From Octopus sinensis (lineage: Eukaryota), in contig NW_021836306.1 of NCBI RefSeq assembly GCF_006345805.1, positions 1-64,000 of the forward strand: a DNA stretch of 64,000 nt. Reading direction: 5' to 3'. The position numbers and the translations under genes were made by a program. The notes beneath the pieces are model-generated. The model was not told the origin of the DNA. It worked only from the letters and a program-made list of their open reading frames with translations, and searched no databases. Positions 26,973-40,520 of the stretch are shown piece by piece; within the stretch, counting starts at the first letter, position 1; each line of letters starts with the position of its first letter.

Positions 26973-28494
26973 CCTGTGGATAAATCCCAGCAAGAATCTT
27001 CTCAGGCTCTCCAATATTTTACAATTATATAAAGAGAAAGAATCGGGGGCCAGGAAGTGGGGCTAAAAATAATCAGAGATTTTAAAAATGTTCTTTTTAT
27101 TTTTTATAACATAAATGTGTTTCAGAGGGAAAAAATGAGAAAAAAAAGAAGACAAGGAGGGTGGTGTGCTAGAAACAACAGCCAAATCTACCTTAAATCA
27201 CACACTTTTTCCCTCGACCCCTTACAAAAAATTTTGCCAACAAATTTCTTTTTAATCGTAATCTACATCGTTTGAAAGTTATTTCTATAAAATTTCATTC
27301 AAAAATACCCATTTTTCTGAAATTTATGAGAAGGGAAAATGTCTGGTCGTGTGAATTTTGCGAAACTCCTTTCCGCAAACCCTTCAGAAAATGTTTTTCC
27401 AACAAATCCTTACAAAAACTCAGTCTACAGGATCTAAGCGATTATTTGTTGAAAGTTTCCTTCAAAAAATATCCATTTTTCTGCAAGTTATGAGGAAACA
27501 AAGTCGGTGGGGTATATATCTGTAGTTATGCCGAATTTGCTTCCTCACAACTTTCGCAAAATTAAATATTTTTTAATGAAATTTTCAACAAATATTCTTC
27601 AGATGGTTTAGATTCCGATTAAATCGGAATTCATTGTGAAAACCGTTTGTCCCTGGGTGGGAAAAGCAGTTTTAGAAAATTAACAAGATTCGCCTTTGTT
27701 ATGAAAGAAAAAAAGTTTTTCCAATAAATCCCCATAGAATCGGAATCTACACCATCTGAAGCATATGTGTAGGAAATTCCATGAAAAATATCCATTTCTC
27801 TGCAAGTTATTAGGGAAGAAGCATATACATCATCAAGGAATATTTATACACATGTATATTTATATATACTTACATATACACACATGTCTTTGCTATGTTT
27901 TTTAAACACATAAAACTCATAGATGCATACTTTTATATTTTACACTTAAACCGCCACAGGACAATATTTTCAGAGTTGCTTCTTAAAGAGTCCTTCACTT
28001 TTTTGATGACAAACGATACAAATTTCAGAGTATTTGGCTGTTATTTCTAGCATGATATTAGGCCATCTATAGGACAATATTTGACATGGATGGTTTGTAA
28101 ATTGTCCTTGGATTTTTATTTGTGATGAAACAAAAATGTGAAGGTTTAGGTGGCTCTTTCTAGCATTAAATGAGACCATATACAGGTCAATTTTATTTAT
28201 GAATGCTTCTTATCTGTCCTTCAAATTTTATATGAAAAATAAAGTGGTTTCTATTTCTAGCATGAAAAATGACCAGCTATGGGAAAGCTTTTACTGAATG
28301 CTTCTTAAAGTGTCCTTCTCTTTTTTTATGAACCCCCAACAACAACAACAACAACAACCCTACGAGGACGAAAGGCAATGTTTGTGCGTGTGTGCAGTTG
28401 GAATGTCACTGCAACAACAACAACAACAATCTATTCTTATTAAACGTTAAAAACTGCCAGATGCAGACTGCACACACGCCCACACAACGCTGAT

Positions 28495-28565
28495 GACGAC
28501 GACGATGATGACGATGATTATGATGATGATGATGATGACGATGATGATGATGATTATGACGATGG
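28495..28565. repeat. (GAT/GAC)n microsatellite
   Basis: Direct inspection. Confidence 0.85.
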
Positions 28566-29521
28566 AGGCAGTGGCAGTGGTCGTCTGCTGCTGTTGTTGT
28601 TGTTGGTCGATTTAATGGAGAATCAATGATTTTGAAACTCTCTGGTTTCGGACCAGACATTCCTATACATACATGCTTGCATATATATATATATATATAT
28701 ATATTCAGCCACTTGTCTTCCTCTATCTCTCTCTCTCTCACTCCTCCTCATCTTTGTCACTGCTAGCCTAAACTACTTCCTTTTACACGCAGCCTTCAAA
28801 CTGTAAAGACACATTTGTGTTCCCATGCGCTGCCAGAATCTCCTTCGTCTCAGCCAGAAAAGGCCTTTTCGTTTGTTTCTCTTGTTTGTTTTCTTCTTTA
28901 TTTCATTTCTCGTATTGTATTTTCTTGTACATGTATTTTTATCTTTTATTTTTTTTTAAAGTTTTATTCGTATCGTTTTTACATCCTGTTTGTGTTACAT
29001 TTTTTTGTTTGTTTTTACCCCTCTGTGAGGTAATTTTATTTTAATTCTCTCGCAGGAAGGACTAGTTTGGCGAGTCGTGTTCTGTCATGCCTTCGAAACA
29101 TGCTAGAGTCTAACTAGTGACAACTGATGATAAGGGATTTTTCCTTGTGTAGTATGTCCTGTACTCTGTTTTTCTGTTGTAAAAAAATGATTTTTCCAGT
29201 TTCGTTTCTCGTTGAGTTCTACGTCTAGTTGTGGTGTCCTGTACTCACGTATATATATTTATATATGCATAAACATACATACTTATAGCCTTATTTCTAT
29301 ACATACATTCCTAAATATGTGTGTATATATATAAACACATGTATATATACTGTATATAAATATACACACACACACAAAGAGAGAGTGGTGAGGAATGTTA
29401 CAACGATAAGTGTTAGTGTGTAGAATGCAATGTATGCGATGCAGGTTCGATTCCCAGCGAAGCCATTTACAACAACAACAACAACAAGAAGAAAATTGAA
29501 GTTTAATATTTCTGGAAATAT

Positions 29522-32500
29522 TTATTTGTCAAAATAAAAGAAAGCAAAAGATTGACGTCCAGGAATAATTCCAAAAACCATCAAAGAATTGTCTGAAACA
29601 TCCAAACCAAGAACTTCATAGACTTCATTATCATCCTCTCTGAGGAGTAAATATTTTGGATTATCTTTTAATCCCAGGATTTCATCATCCTCAGATGTTT
29701 CCTCTTCAATATGTTGAGGTATTTCGTACATATTGCTTCTTATATCTGTTATATAAACACATTCACCAATTATGGTTAGAAGAGGTCTTGGAATATAATA
29801 TCCCGGATCAAAAAATATTCCTTCTTCTATTCTTATCCTCCTCACCAAAGACTTTTCCCTGAACCATTCCACAAAACAATAAACTTCCCAAATTCCAGAC
29901 TCCTTCATCTCCCTCCTCAAAACAAGAACATCACCAAAAGATGTGACTCCCACACCATCCACCCCTTCATCTCCCTCCAACCTTCCCCGTCTCCACATAT
30001 TCCCACGACACACTTCATCTTTAAATTTCCCATCTTTGATATCAACCACATCCACATAATAAGGGTCAAAGATGTCAAGGTCCATGCAATAATAGTAATA
30101 CTTGTTGTTTCTCCATATTCTTTCGTATTTCTTTTGTCTCTCTTCTTGAGTTATGTCTCTAATATAATGACCACCGCACACGAGTTGATTGTCATTGTAT
30201 TTATAAATCCTGCTGTAGTATTTCTCAGTTCTGATGGTTTTTAAACGACGGAGATCCCTGTTGAAGACCCTCATTTCTCTCCCAAAGGTGACAACAAAAC
30301 ATTCCTCTGTCCACCGACATATGTCCAGTGCTGGTCGTTGTTGTTGTTCATGTTGAAGTATGTCCACTGTTGTTGTTGTTGTTCTGATTAATGTGACACT
30401 TTCTCGAAATATCAACACACTCACATTCTCATCTAACTTAATTAGTTTACTGTTCTGGTCCCTAATGTCCCTATAATCATAATTAACAGGTTCCTCAAAT
30501 GCAGGAATGGAAAAAGGGACCATTGCTGTCCTATATGGAAGTCTCCTCACTGATATTTCATCAATTCCTGAATTATTAATCTCCGCTATGTAATTACCAC
30601 ATCTCACCTTTAATCTACCTTTACCAATTATTTCACCTGATTTACCTCTTCTTCTTCCTCCTCCATCTCCTCCTCTGTATTCCAATTTGTTAATTAATTC
30701 ATTACTGAATATTTCCTTGTTCGTTTCAGATGTAATGGAAGGGAAACGAAGACCAGAATCAAGATTTAATAACGACACAGATTCCAGAATGTTCACTTGG
30801 TTCCCATCAAACTTTATGCAATGACATTCAATCAATTCATTATGTACACACCAGTAAATACACGCCACTTTTCTCCATATTACACCATAAGGGATGAGAC
30901 TCGACCAAACTTGATATGTCTGCAAATCTTCTCCATTCAGTTGTAATATTTCTTTCCTTTTAGGAACCGTGGCCATTATGTGTGATTCTTGTGCAAAACA
31001 CACACCACCAACTAAACTTGCAACATTTCTGTGACATAGCAACTGGCCGTCTTCATCGAATATTTTAACATTTCCATTATTGACTTTTTCACACACAACT
31101 GTCTTTCCTTCCTCAGAGACATCAAAATCTTTTACTTGAACAGGACATTCGTCTGTTTGTAAACGAGCAACCGGGAAGCTGTCTCGATTCACCATAAACA
31201 ACCCTTCAACATACATTTCATTCTCTCTTCTCAATTTGGGGCTTCCAACAAACCTTGGCCCTTTACAGTCTATACTGGAGAAATCTACTTCATCTTTATA
31301 AATTCTTTTATTTAAAAATATTCTCTTGTATTCCCCATTCTGGGTCAAACACAAAATGTTTCGATATTCAGATAAACCAAAACATTTCTCCCACTCACCA
31401 TAAATGTACAAAAAACTGTCATCAATTGTCATCCTGTCATCACCAAAATAATCCTCCATGTAGTGTCTGACTGAATGTAAATATTGACCACCACTGTTGA
31501 AGAAGATGATGAATCTTTCGTTGAAGACAATGATGACATCTTCATCAGTAACTTTAATATCATGGATTCTATCAGAATAATCTCCATCTTCGTTTCTCCA
31601 TATTAATGGTTCAGGTATGTCTATTTTATTTATTTCCTTCACACTCGAATGTATTTCATCAATATCAACAAAATGCAAATGTCTTCTATCTCCCGATTCA
31701 CTCAAAACCAGTTGATTATTTGATAAAGAACCCACACATTTATAATTATTTCTCGTTTGGTAAATTACCAACGACAATGGAAATTCCCCTTTTAATGTCA
31801 ACAGTTGGTATTTATTATGATAACGATCCCAATTCGTAATGACCAGTGTGTTTGACTGCCATCGACACATTTTAATATAATAATAAACATTCACTTTGAT
31901 TGAATCCATAAGGTGACCATCCAATGTGAATATCTTAATGTTTCCATTCTCCCCGTCCCATCCTGCAATCAGATTATTTTCAGTAAGAACCAAAGAATCA
32001 ATCCTCGCTGGTCCTTTGTCTCCCAAATGTTCAGGGAGAGGAATATGTCTGGCTTTATCAGAAACTGTGAGGTCCTGTAGATATAAAGTGGAAGACAACA
32101 TTTCACTGAGAGAAATGTGTCTGGAAAATACATCCACCAGGTCGATATAATAATTAAGTTGATTATTAGTAACGAGATCATTAACCAACAAATTCTGATC
32201 GTTTATGGCAAACATACGGCTTCTGTCTATCAGATAAACAGATGTTTGGTCAATAGATCCACCTTGGAGACTGAGGGGACGTTTCACTTGGGACATTAAA
32301 ACACTGGGGACCATCTGACGACCTCCATGACCACCACCACCTATTCTAGTGTTGTACTGAAAAGCTTTTTCCTTAGTAACAAGTAATAGCTTTTCTGTTT
32401 TCTTGTCTATTGATAAGGATTTCACAAACACAGGGATATTAATTGTCTTAATTACTTCGACTTGATTATAATAATTGATGGCTAAAATGTCAAAATGTGA

Positions 32501-34904
32501 TGGTTTATCACAATAACAAACAATTTCACATTCACCCATCTTACACACCCGTACATAAGGCTGCCTTAATGATACACTTCTCACTGTCTTTGATAGGTTT
32601 CCGATGACCCTTAATTGTTTCTGTAGGGGTAATGTGACCCCTATATGATTAGAATCCCATCGACATATATCTGTGGCTGTAGACGGCAGAGATAATCTGG
32701 ACACAATGTCTCCTTCCTCAGAAACGTACAACAAGCAATCATGCTTGATGTCGGACACCACCAACTGTCCATTGGACAGATTACATATTTCGCCAATGAC
32801 AAGTTTTTGGTCATTCTCCTTTTCTTTGAGTCGTAGATTTAGATTTCTGATATAAGGATTTTTAATGGGTAAAAGACAGCCAGATGACCGGTCTTGATAC
32901 TTGTAAAGAAGAACCCTGTTGAGTTGAGTGTCCGGGACATAAAGAGTTCCTTGGAAAACAGCAATGTGAGGGTGAACAGGGAAAGGCAGTTCCCACTGCC
33001 TTCATTTGTCCATATAGATCGTAACATCTGAGAATAGAGTGTCTCCTGAAGAGGACATAGAAATAAACATTATCAGAGTAGATGTGATGAGGGTGGCCAT
33101 AGAATGGAAGGTATTTTTGAAAAAGTTCTTCACCACATGTGGAATAAAATACCATTTTATTTTCGTTTCCATCTACGACTACAAAATTAATTGGAGTTGC
33201 AGCAATGCTGACATTATGATGTCCCAGAGAAATTCTTTCTGCAATGTCAACTTTATCTTCGTTGATCAAGAAGATATGGACCTCGCTTTTGTTTCCACTT
33301 GTGGTTAGAGCTAAACACTTATTTGATACAACATGACATAGTTCAATGTAATCAGTATGGACTTTCATTAAAGGGCCTTTCATTAGCCCAGGGCATGTGA
33401 TACACTGAAATTCTTTGTTTTCACGGTAAAACACCAGAAATCCTTTAGAATTCATTCTACAAAAGCAAGAAGGAATCTCAGGGAAAGTTGAATTATTTTG
33501 GTTAATTATTTCTCCAGTCTCAGTGATTAATATAGCTTTATTATTCCTGTAGAATATTAATATAGAAGATGTAGACATAGGTAGAATATTAGTAACGTTG
33601 TAGCAATCCTCAATATAAATATAGCTGTTCAATGTTGGGGTCCATAGCTGGAGGTTATATGACTGCCTGAGCCAAAAGTCTTCATTTGTTCCAATGATAT
33701 GAAGGACATCAAAATAATCGGTTACAAAAATGTTTTCTTTGCCAACAGAAATATGGCGGCATTTCATGCCAATTTCTCTTGTTGTCACAGCACCTGTACC
33801 TGATATCCGATAAATAATATGTCCCTGAAGGACATAAAAATGGTTTTGGTACACAGAGATGTGGCTTGGAATGTCCAGGGAATTGGTATCCACCTCAAAT
33901 AACTGCTGGCCATCCACATTGTAACAGGTAACCCTGTTAATATTGGAAAAGGATACTAAGAGTTTATTTTGTGCTCCTACAGCAATATCTGAAGGTGTTT
34001 CTTTCGTTATGAATTCGTATTTTATTCTATTCTCTTCCCAGTCAATGACGTATATGGTCTGACCAAACATTTCTACACCTATAAGCATAGAATGTTCCAA
34101 ATAAGAAACCAAGATTAATCCTAGCTGAATTCTTTTGATTTCAAAACTTAAAGGGTTGATAATAAGAATCATCTTTCGAAAGGGGAGGGTGGCCAGGACT
34201 GTGTCTTGACTGATTCTTGTAAAATCAGTGACAGAAGATGAGCAATGAACTTCATTTCTGTTGCCGTCTCTTGTTATACAACATATTGTCATACAGTGGT
34301 GGGAATATGTTACAATACCCCCTTGTATGACAACAATATTGGATATTGGGTTGCTTAAGTCTTCACCAGATTCTTCAATCACTACTTCTCTGGTCACAAC
34401 TGGCCGAAGAGGCCGAAATTTTGTGGTTACTTTTGGTGGTTCAATGGTCTTGTGGTTGTATGGGTTACAGGTGACATAAATGTCAAAGAGTCTTTGTTGA
34501 AACCAATCAAGATTTTGGTGAACAAAATCATTATTTTGTTCTGCAAATTCCAGAAATCTTGGCATTTTACATTTGATATTACGTAAAATTCAAGATCCAT
34601 TTAAACCCAGAGAGTCCATGTGATTGCATTTATCCTTTACATAATCTATAAACGTATTGATGTGGTCTGTTTTGATTAGTGTTTGGTAACATGTCACAAT
34701 ATGAAGGAAACTTGGTAACATGGACTTTTCCTGTTCTTTAGATTTCTTTGTGTCTTTTCTTTCCTGTTCTTCTGTTTTCTTTGTGTTTTGTGTATGTAAT
34801 ATTTGGGTAAGAATTGGTGTAGTTTCCTTATAAATTGCTGTTGTATCACAGACTGTGGCAGGAATGAGAGCCAACATTTTGTTTCCTTCATTAATCTTCT
34901 CCAT
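29522..34904 (-). CDS. Intronless gene or pseudogene of about 1,790 aa with about 6 tandem NHL-like beta-propeller domains
   Basis: ORF 34590-34904 and ORF 32862-34565 share a frame, separated by one TGA. One extra base at about 32999 links them to ORF 29522-32764. Blade-like motifs recur, e.g. ICNLSNGQLVVSD..DIC.W...IGVTLP..KQL. Acceptor at 35022. Confidence 0.75.
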
Positions 34905-35324
34905 TTTATGAATATAGAATTATTATCTTTTTCTGTTAAATATATTCTTTTCTGTGGATTTTGTTTTCTTCCTTTGGAATACAATTTATCTCTTCAAAAT
35001 TCACTAATTTTTACATGAAAGCTGAAATAAAATGAAAACTTTATTAGTTTTGTGAAAAGCTTTTGGTAAAATAATATTTACTTGATTCATTCAAAGAATT
35101 TCAAGGAAAACACACATTTCATTAAATATATTAAACAAATTGTTTATTTGACAGTGAAGTTAAACATTTAAACTGTTTACAATGGAATAATCATTAGAAA
35201 TAAAACTTGAAGATATAAATACACCATTATCTTTATTGACTGAATATAAGTGATGGTGAAAAGTTTTGTAGTAAGAAGGAATATAAATATTTTGTTGAGG
35301 TTATTTTTACAGATATTATCGGTT

Positions 35325-35509
35325 GAAATTATAGCCAGGACTGATTTCCTGCTACAACATTTCATATCGAAATGTCAGACGGAAACAAACAATGAGATCA
35401 AAGAGAAAAACATCTGTTGTTTGTTCTCATTGTTTATCTCATTGTTTGTTTACATCTGACATCTCGATAGGAAAGGTTTTAGCAAAAAATCAGAGCCAAC
35501 TATAATTTC
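35325..35509. mobile_element. Hairpin MITE, arms of about 75 bp
   Basis: GAAATTATAG...AAACAAACAATGAGAT pairs with ATCTCATTGTTTGTTT...CTATAATTTC. Confidence 0.65.
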
Positions 35510-37448
35510 TATGGAATATCAATAGAATAATGTGAAAAACACTGCTAACAAAGTAGAATGTGGTGTTGACTTCTAAAACGATTTAATATATTTTACAGGA
35601 ATTTATGGTTGCATAATGAAATACCACGTCCCTACAAATCAGGAATATAAGTATTATTAATAATTATATGCACTGGAAATGATGGACAGTCATGGTTGGC
35701 TTGGTTTCCATCATATTTACCTGGATTCACAGATACCAATAAAGCTGGAGATGAAACTGTTCTTAACCTGACAAATGCTGTAAATCTCTCGACATTTCAA
35801 TATAATCCACACAATTATCATACACAACATTGATTAACTCGGAAAGCTTATCCAAAGATGGGCTTTCATATAATCACACTGATAGACAGCATGTTGAGAG
35901 GATCGTTATTATTTGTTGCTGATTGAGATCATAAAGATTGGTTAATGAATTAGCCCAATTAATGAAAGGTAGGTTCATCTTAATTATCTTTAATATAAGG
36001 GACAATGTTTGGGTAGCAATGAGAAAGGTGTGTTTGTATGAAAAAGGGGTTTGGCAGGTGAAGTGTGTTTTGTTTTGTGTTAGGTGAGGAGTTATAACTT
36101 GGTGTAGTTTATTATGAAGTATTGGGGGTTTAATGAGGTGGATTAGGAAATATTGGTGGGGTGTTTAATGACATTGTGGTTACCCATCATCATCAGAATG
36201 ATCCTCCACCGCCTCCTTGACCCCAGGAGGAATGAAAAGTAAAAGAGACCTTCTTCAGGATGTCAGCTCTTTGAATATACATGGACTAAACAACAACATA
36301 TTTTTTGGGAAAAGCTGGATAAGGCTATGTTGTTGTTATTGCTGTTGTTGTTGACAACAAAGTTTATACAGAGAAAAGCAGATAATTGCAAATATTTCTA
36401 TTGTAAAATTAAATTGGAATGAATGTTTATGTTTCACTTGGTTTATTTTGGGGAAGAAAAACCTACAAAACCCCTCATAATAATTAGTCTTTAATCTAAT
36501 TGTAGATGTATGTATATACACATGCATACATATATATGAATGAATGTGTATAATATATACACAAGGATGCACATTTGTATATTTATACATCCATACGTCT
36601 GTATGTATGTATGATCATCATTTTACCCCCACTCTTCATGCTGGAATGGGTTGGATGGTTCAAAGAATATCTTGCCTGAAGTTACATTTTCTGGTTTTCT
36701 TTCTGCAGCTGGATGCTCTTCCTGACACCAACCACTGCACAATGTGCACTGGGTGCATCTTATGGCACCATCGCTAGAGACAATCGCCATGACCTTGACA
36801 AAACTAAAGGTTCCCCTCAATCTCTGGGTGTGACATATACCTTGGGATGGGTGAGAGATCTAGGGTAATAAATATATGAAAAGGAGTGGTTTGGGTTTTA
36901 GGGAGAGACCCAGGTAGGTCCAGTAACATCCCTAGTTTCATTGGAAGAATGGTGAAGAGAAGAGATTTACTGCCAATCTTTGTCACAGCAATAAGATAGA
37001 GTAAAAAGAAGAAGAGAGAGTGATTGAGAGATGAAAGATAGAAAGATACTTCTGCTAATTATTAATAAGTATATGTATATATACACACACATACATACAT
37101 ACACATATATAGACAGACACATTTTGAATGACTTCTGACTCCATCAAAAGAGGATAGGTCTCTTTATTTTTCACATTTAATCACAGATATCTTTATTCTG
37201 ATGTATAATTTTATATTTTATATTTGACATTCTATACTTGACTTTCTAAGTTTGATAAATGTATGCTAATTTATACTTATAATTTATAATCTATCATTTT
37301 TAATTCTTAATTTTGTAAAGTTTAATTTTTTAATTTTATATTTTTAATGTTTAATTTAATGCTTAGTTTTAAGGTGATGTAAAATTAGGTTAACAATATT
37401 TTGAAAAAGAACCTGAAGATGGTAGAATTGTAAATCTTATGATTACAC

Positions 37449-37483
<35 letters not shown>

Positions 37484-37511
37484 CACACTCACACACACAC
37501 ACACATATAGC

Positions 37512-38138
37512 ATTACATGGAAAAATGTGAGCATGAAAAGTAATATTATTAAGATTATAAACCTGGAAAAGTACAGGACAAGTTATTACACCTGTAAAAG
37601 TACAGGACAAGTTATTACACCTGTAAAAGTACAGGACAAGTTATTACACCTGTAAAAGTATAGGACAAGTTATTACACCTGTAAAAGTATAGGACAAGTT
37701 ATTACTTCAAGTAAAGAATAAGAAAGTCTTTACTTAAAATATTGCAGCCAAGAATTCCAGTTCTTCTAATTTACCACTCTTTACAGTTCTCATCTTTTAA
37801 ATTTATTGTACAAAACTGTTCAGCTAATTTGTAAGTTTGTCTAATTAGTCACTTTTTTCTGTATTTAAGGTAGTAAATTAGCTAAATTCTACTTAAATAA
37901 GTATAGTGTTATTTGTAAACTATAATAAGTTTTAATATTCAAATTTTTATTTTAGCTGCAATATTTTAAGTAAAAAGTTTCTTAATCTTTACTTTACTTG
38001 AAGTAATAGCTTGTCCTAAACTTTTACAGGTGAAATCGCTTGTCCTAAACTTTTACAGGTGTAATAACTTGTCCTGTACTTTTCCAGGTTTATAATCTTA
38101 AGAATATTACTTTTCATGCTCACATTTTTCCATGTAAT
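37512..38138. mobile_element. Fold-back element whose long TIRs carry 29-bp subrepeats
   Basis: Arms 37512-37748 and 37955-38138. The ACCTGTAAAAGTACAGGACAAGTTATTAC unit occurs 5 times on the left and 3 times (inverted) on the right. Confidence 0.85.
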
Positions 38139-38591
38139 CCATGATTCTTCCAGGCATTGCTGTTATAACATAATTAATGATGTGTCAATTAATAATTTAG
38201 GATTTTACCTTATAAAATACTGGGTAGGGGGATACATTGACTGCTATTTTTAGCATGTTGAGCGACCAGATAGAGGCTCTTTCATTGGTTTGATTGTGGG
38301 ATGAGATTTTTTTTACAATCTATGTATAATATTCATATATATATCATCGGCAGAAGTTAGAGAGTAAGTCAAAAGCTGAGAGTTTCATGTATTGGCGCTT
38401 ATCAAACACAAATTTGTCCATTGTCACTCAGTAACTTGTGACGAAATAACTTCTAAAATACAAAATTTTGTCAAAAACGTTAAGAGTAAACCCTGTTGTA
38501 TGTGACACATTCTACCAGTATTGGAAGTTTGAAAGTGTTTAGTTAAAAAAAAGTTAATTAAATAATCTGGACGTCAAATTGAATAGATCCG

Positions 38592-40520
38592 GGTTAATAT
38601 AGGGCGTAACAAATATCAGAAAATCAAAAAAAAAATGTGTGTAATAGGTGTAAAACAACTTCCTATGAACGAATATGAAAAAAAAAATTCGCGCACGCGA
38701 AAGGGGGGTGGGGGAGAGGCCTCGGAAAATTCACATCGGGAAGTTCCGAAAGCGTCTGAGGAGCTGACCCGGGCACCAAAACAAAAAAAAAATAGTGTAA
38801 TATGTGTAAAACAACTTGCTCTAAACGAATATGAAAAATAAAATGCGCTCTCGCGAAAGAGGGGTGGGGGAGAGGCCTCGGAATATTTATATCGGGAATT
38901 TCCGAAAGCGTCTGAACCGGGCACAAAAACAAAAACAAAAACAGCGTAATAGGTGTAAAACAACTTGCTCTAAACGACTATCATGAAAAAAATGCGCGCT
39001 CGCGAAAGGGGGGGGGGGGAGAGGCTTCGGAAATTTCACATCTTCAGTCCACGGCCTTTAAACTAAGAAAAAATAGTGTAATTGGTGTAAAACTACTTGT
39101 TCTAAACGAGTATCAAGAACACACACTCACACATGAATCATAAACTCCGTATTTCGCCAAAAAAAAAAAAATAAAGAGAAGAAATTCTGGAAAAAGTGAA
39201 GAAATGTTGGATCTCATTCCTTGGTTAAAGCTATTTTAAACATTAAATTTATGCTTTTCTTTGAAATAGTTCAGATATATGCAATTCTTTTCACTTATTA
39301 AGATGCATTTATCAGAAAAAAAGAGACAGAAAAAATTATTATTTTGTGTCAATCCTTCCCTAATTATCCTTTATTAATTAGTTTTGGCGTGTATTTTTTT
39401 CCCAAATTTATTCTTTCACCTTTACAACACTGTTTAGTAAAGCAATTAATTATCTTTATAATTTGCATATTTGACTTATTAATCAAAATTCTCTAGATGT
39501 AATATATACTAAGTAATGCATCCTTCATTTATGTGTTCCGTTCTGTATTATGCATGCGTGACTGTTTGTATGTAAGTGTGTTTAACTGTGCACATGAATG
39601 TGAATATTAAAGAACATATTTATTTACTATGATTGTTATTTTCAGAACAAATAAATCTTTTGGCTGTTATGTTATTGATGTTATTATTATTGCTAGTTAA
39701 AGGGTGGTGACTTGGCTGAATATTTTGAGTCTTGTAGTATGTAGTTGTGTTAGTCAATATTCTGAGTTCAAATCCAACTCATTTCTTTATCATCATTATC
39801 GATGGACCACTCAAAGAGGTATGTATACATTATCATTTTCGTAACATAATTTCTGTAGTATTTCAAGATGTTTCTGACACGTATTTTGATTCACATGGCG
39901 GAGATCCAACATTTCTTCACTTTTTCCAGAATTTCTTCTCTTTATTTTTTTTTTTTGCGAAATACGGAGTTTATGATTCATGTGTGAGTGTGTTCTTGAT
40001 ACTCGTTTAGAACAAGTAGTTTTACACCAATTACACTATTTTTTCTTAGTTTAAAGGCCGTGGACTGAAGATGTGAAATTTCCGAAGCCTCTCCCCCACC
40101 CCCCTTTCGCGAGCGCGCATTTTTTTCATGATAGTCGTTTAGAGCAAGTTGTTTTACACCTATTACGCTGTTTTTGTTTTTGTTTTTGTGCCCGGTTCAG
40201 ACGCTTTCGGAAATTCCCGATATAAATATTCCGAGGCCTCTCCCCCACCCCTCTTTCGCGAGAGCGCATTTTATTTTTCATATTCGTTTAGAGCAAGTTG
40301 TTTTACACATATTACACTATTTTTTTTTTGTTTTGGTGCCCGGGTCAGCCCCTCAGACGCTTTCGGAACTTCCCGATGTGAATTTTCCGAGGCCTCTCCC
40401 CCACCCCCCTTTCGCGTGCGCGAATTTTTTTTTTCATATTCGTTCATAGGAAGTTGTTTTACACCTATTACACACATTTTTTTTTTGATTTTCTGATATT
40501 TGTTACGCCCTATATTAACC
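38592..40520. mobile_element. Young non-autonomous fold-back DNA transposon, TIRs of about 620 bp, 8-bp TSD
   Basis: Arms 38592-39215 and 39901-40520 are near-identical reverse complements. TAGATCCG flanks both ends (38584-38591 and 40521-40528). Confidence 0.95.

Noticed and set aside
29085-29150. Possible hammerhead ribozyme (CGAAAC...GTC...CTGATGA)
   Set aside because: Stem I has one pair, the stem II closing pair is mismatched, and no GAAA follows CTGATGA.
29400-29466. tRNA-like sequence with GGTTCGATTCCC
   Set aside because: No convincing cloverleaf. It is a decayed tRNA or SINE head.
35721-36285. Upstream coding exons of the propeller gene
   Set aside because: Splice-like signals exist, but the frame entering ATG 34904 has stops, so at most these are UTR exons and are unsupported.
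39790-39900. IIIDGPLKE as a hAT dimerisation remnant in the fold-back spacer
   Set aside because: Too short to be significant, and no other transposase motifs are present.
38616-40496. Paired 68-115 aa ORFs on both strands
   Set aside because: They are mirror translations of the fold-back TIRs with no protein-like features.
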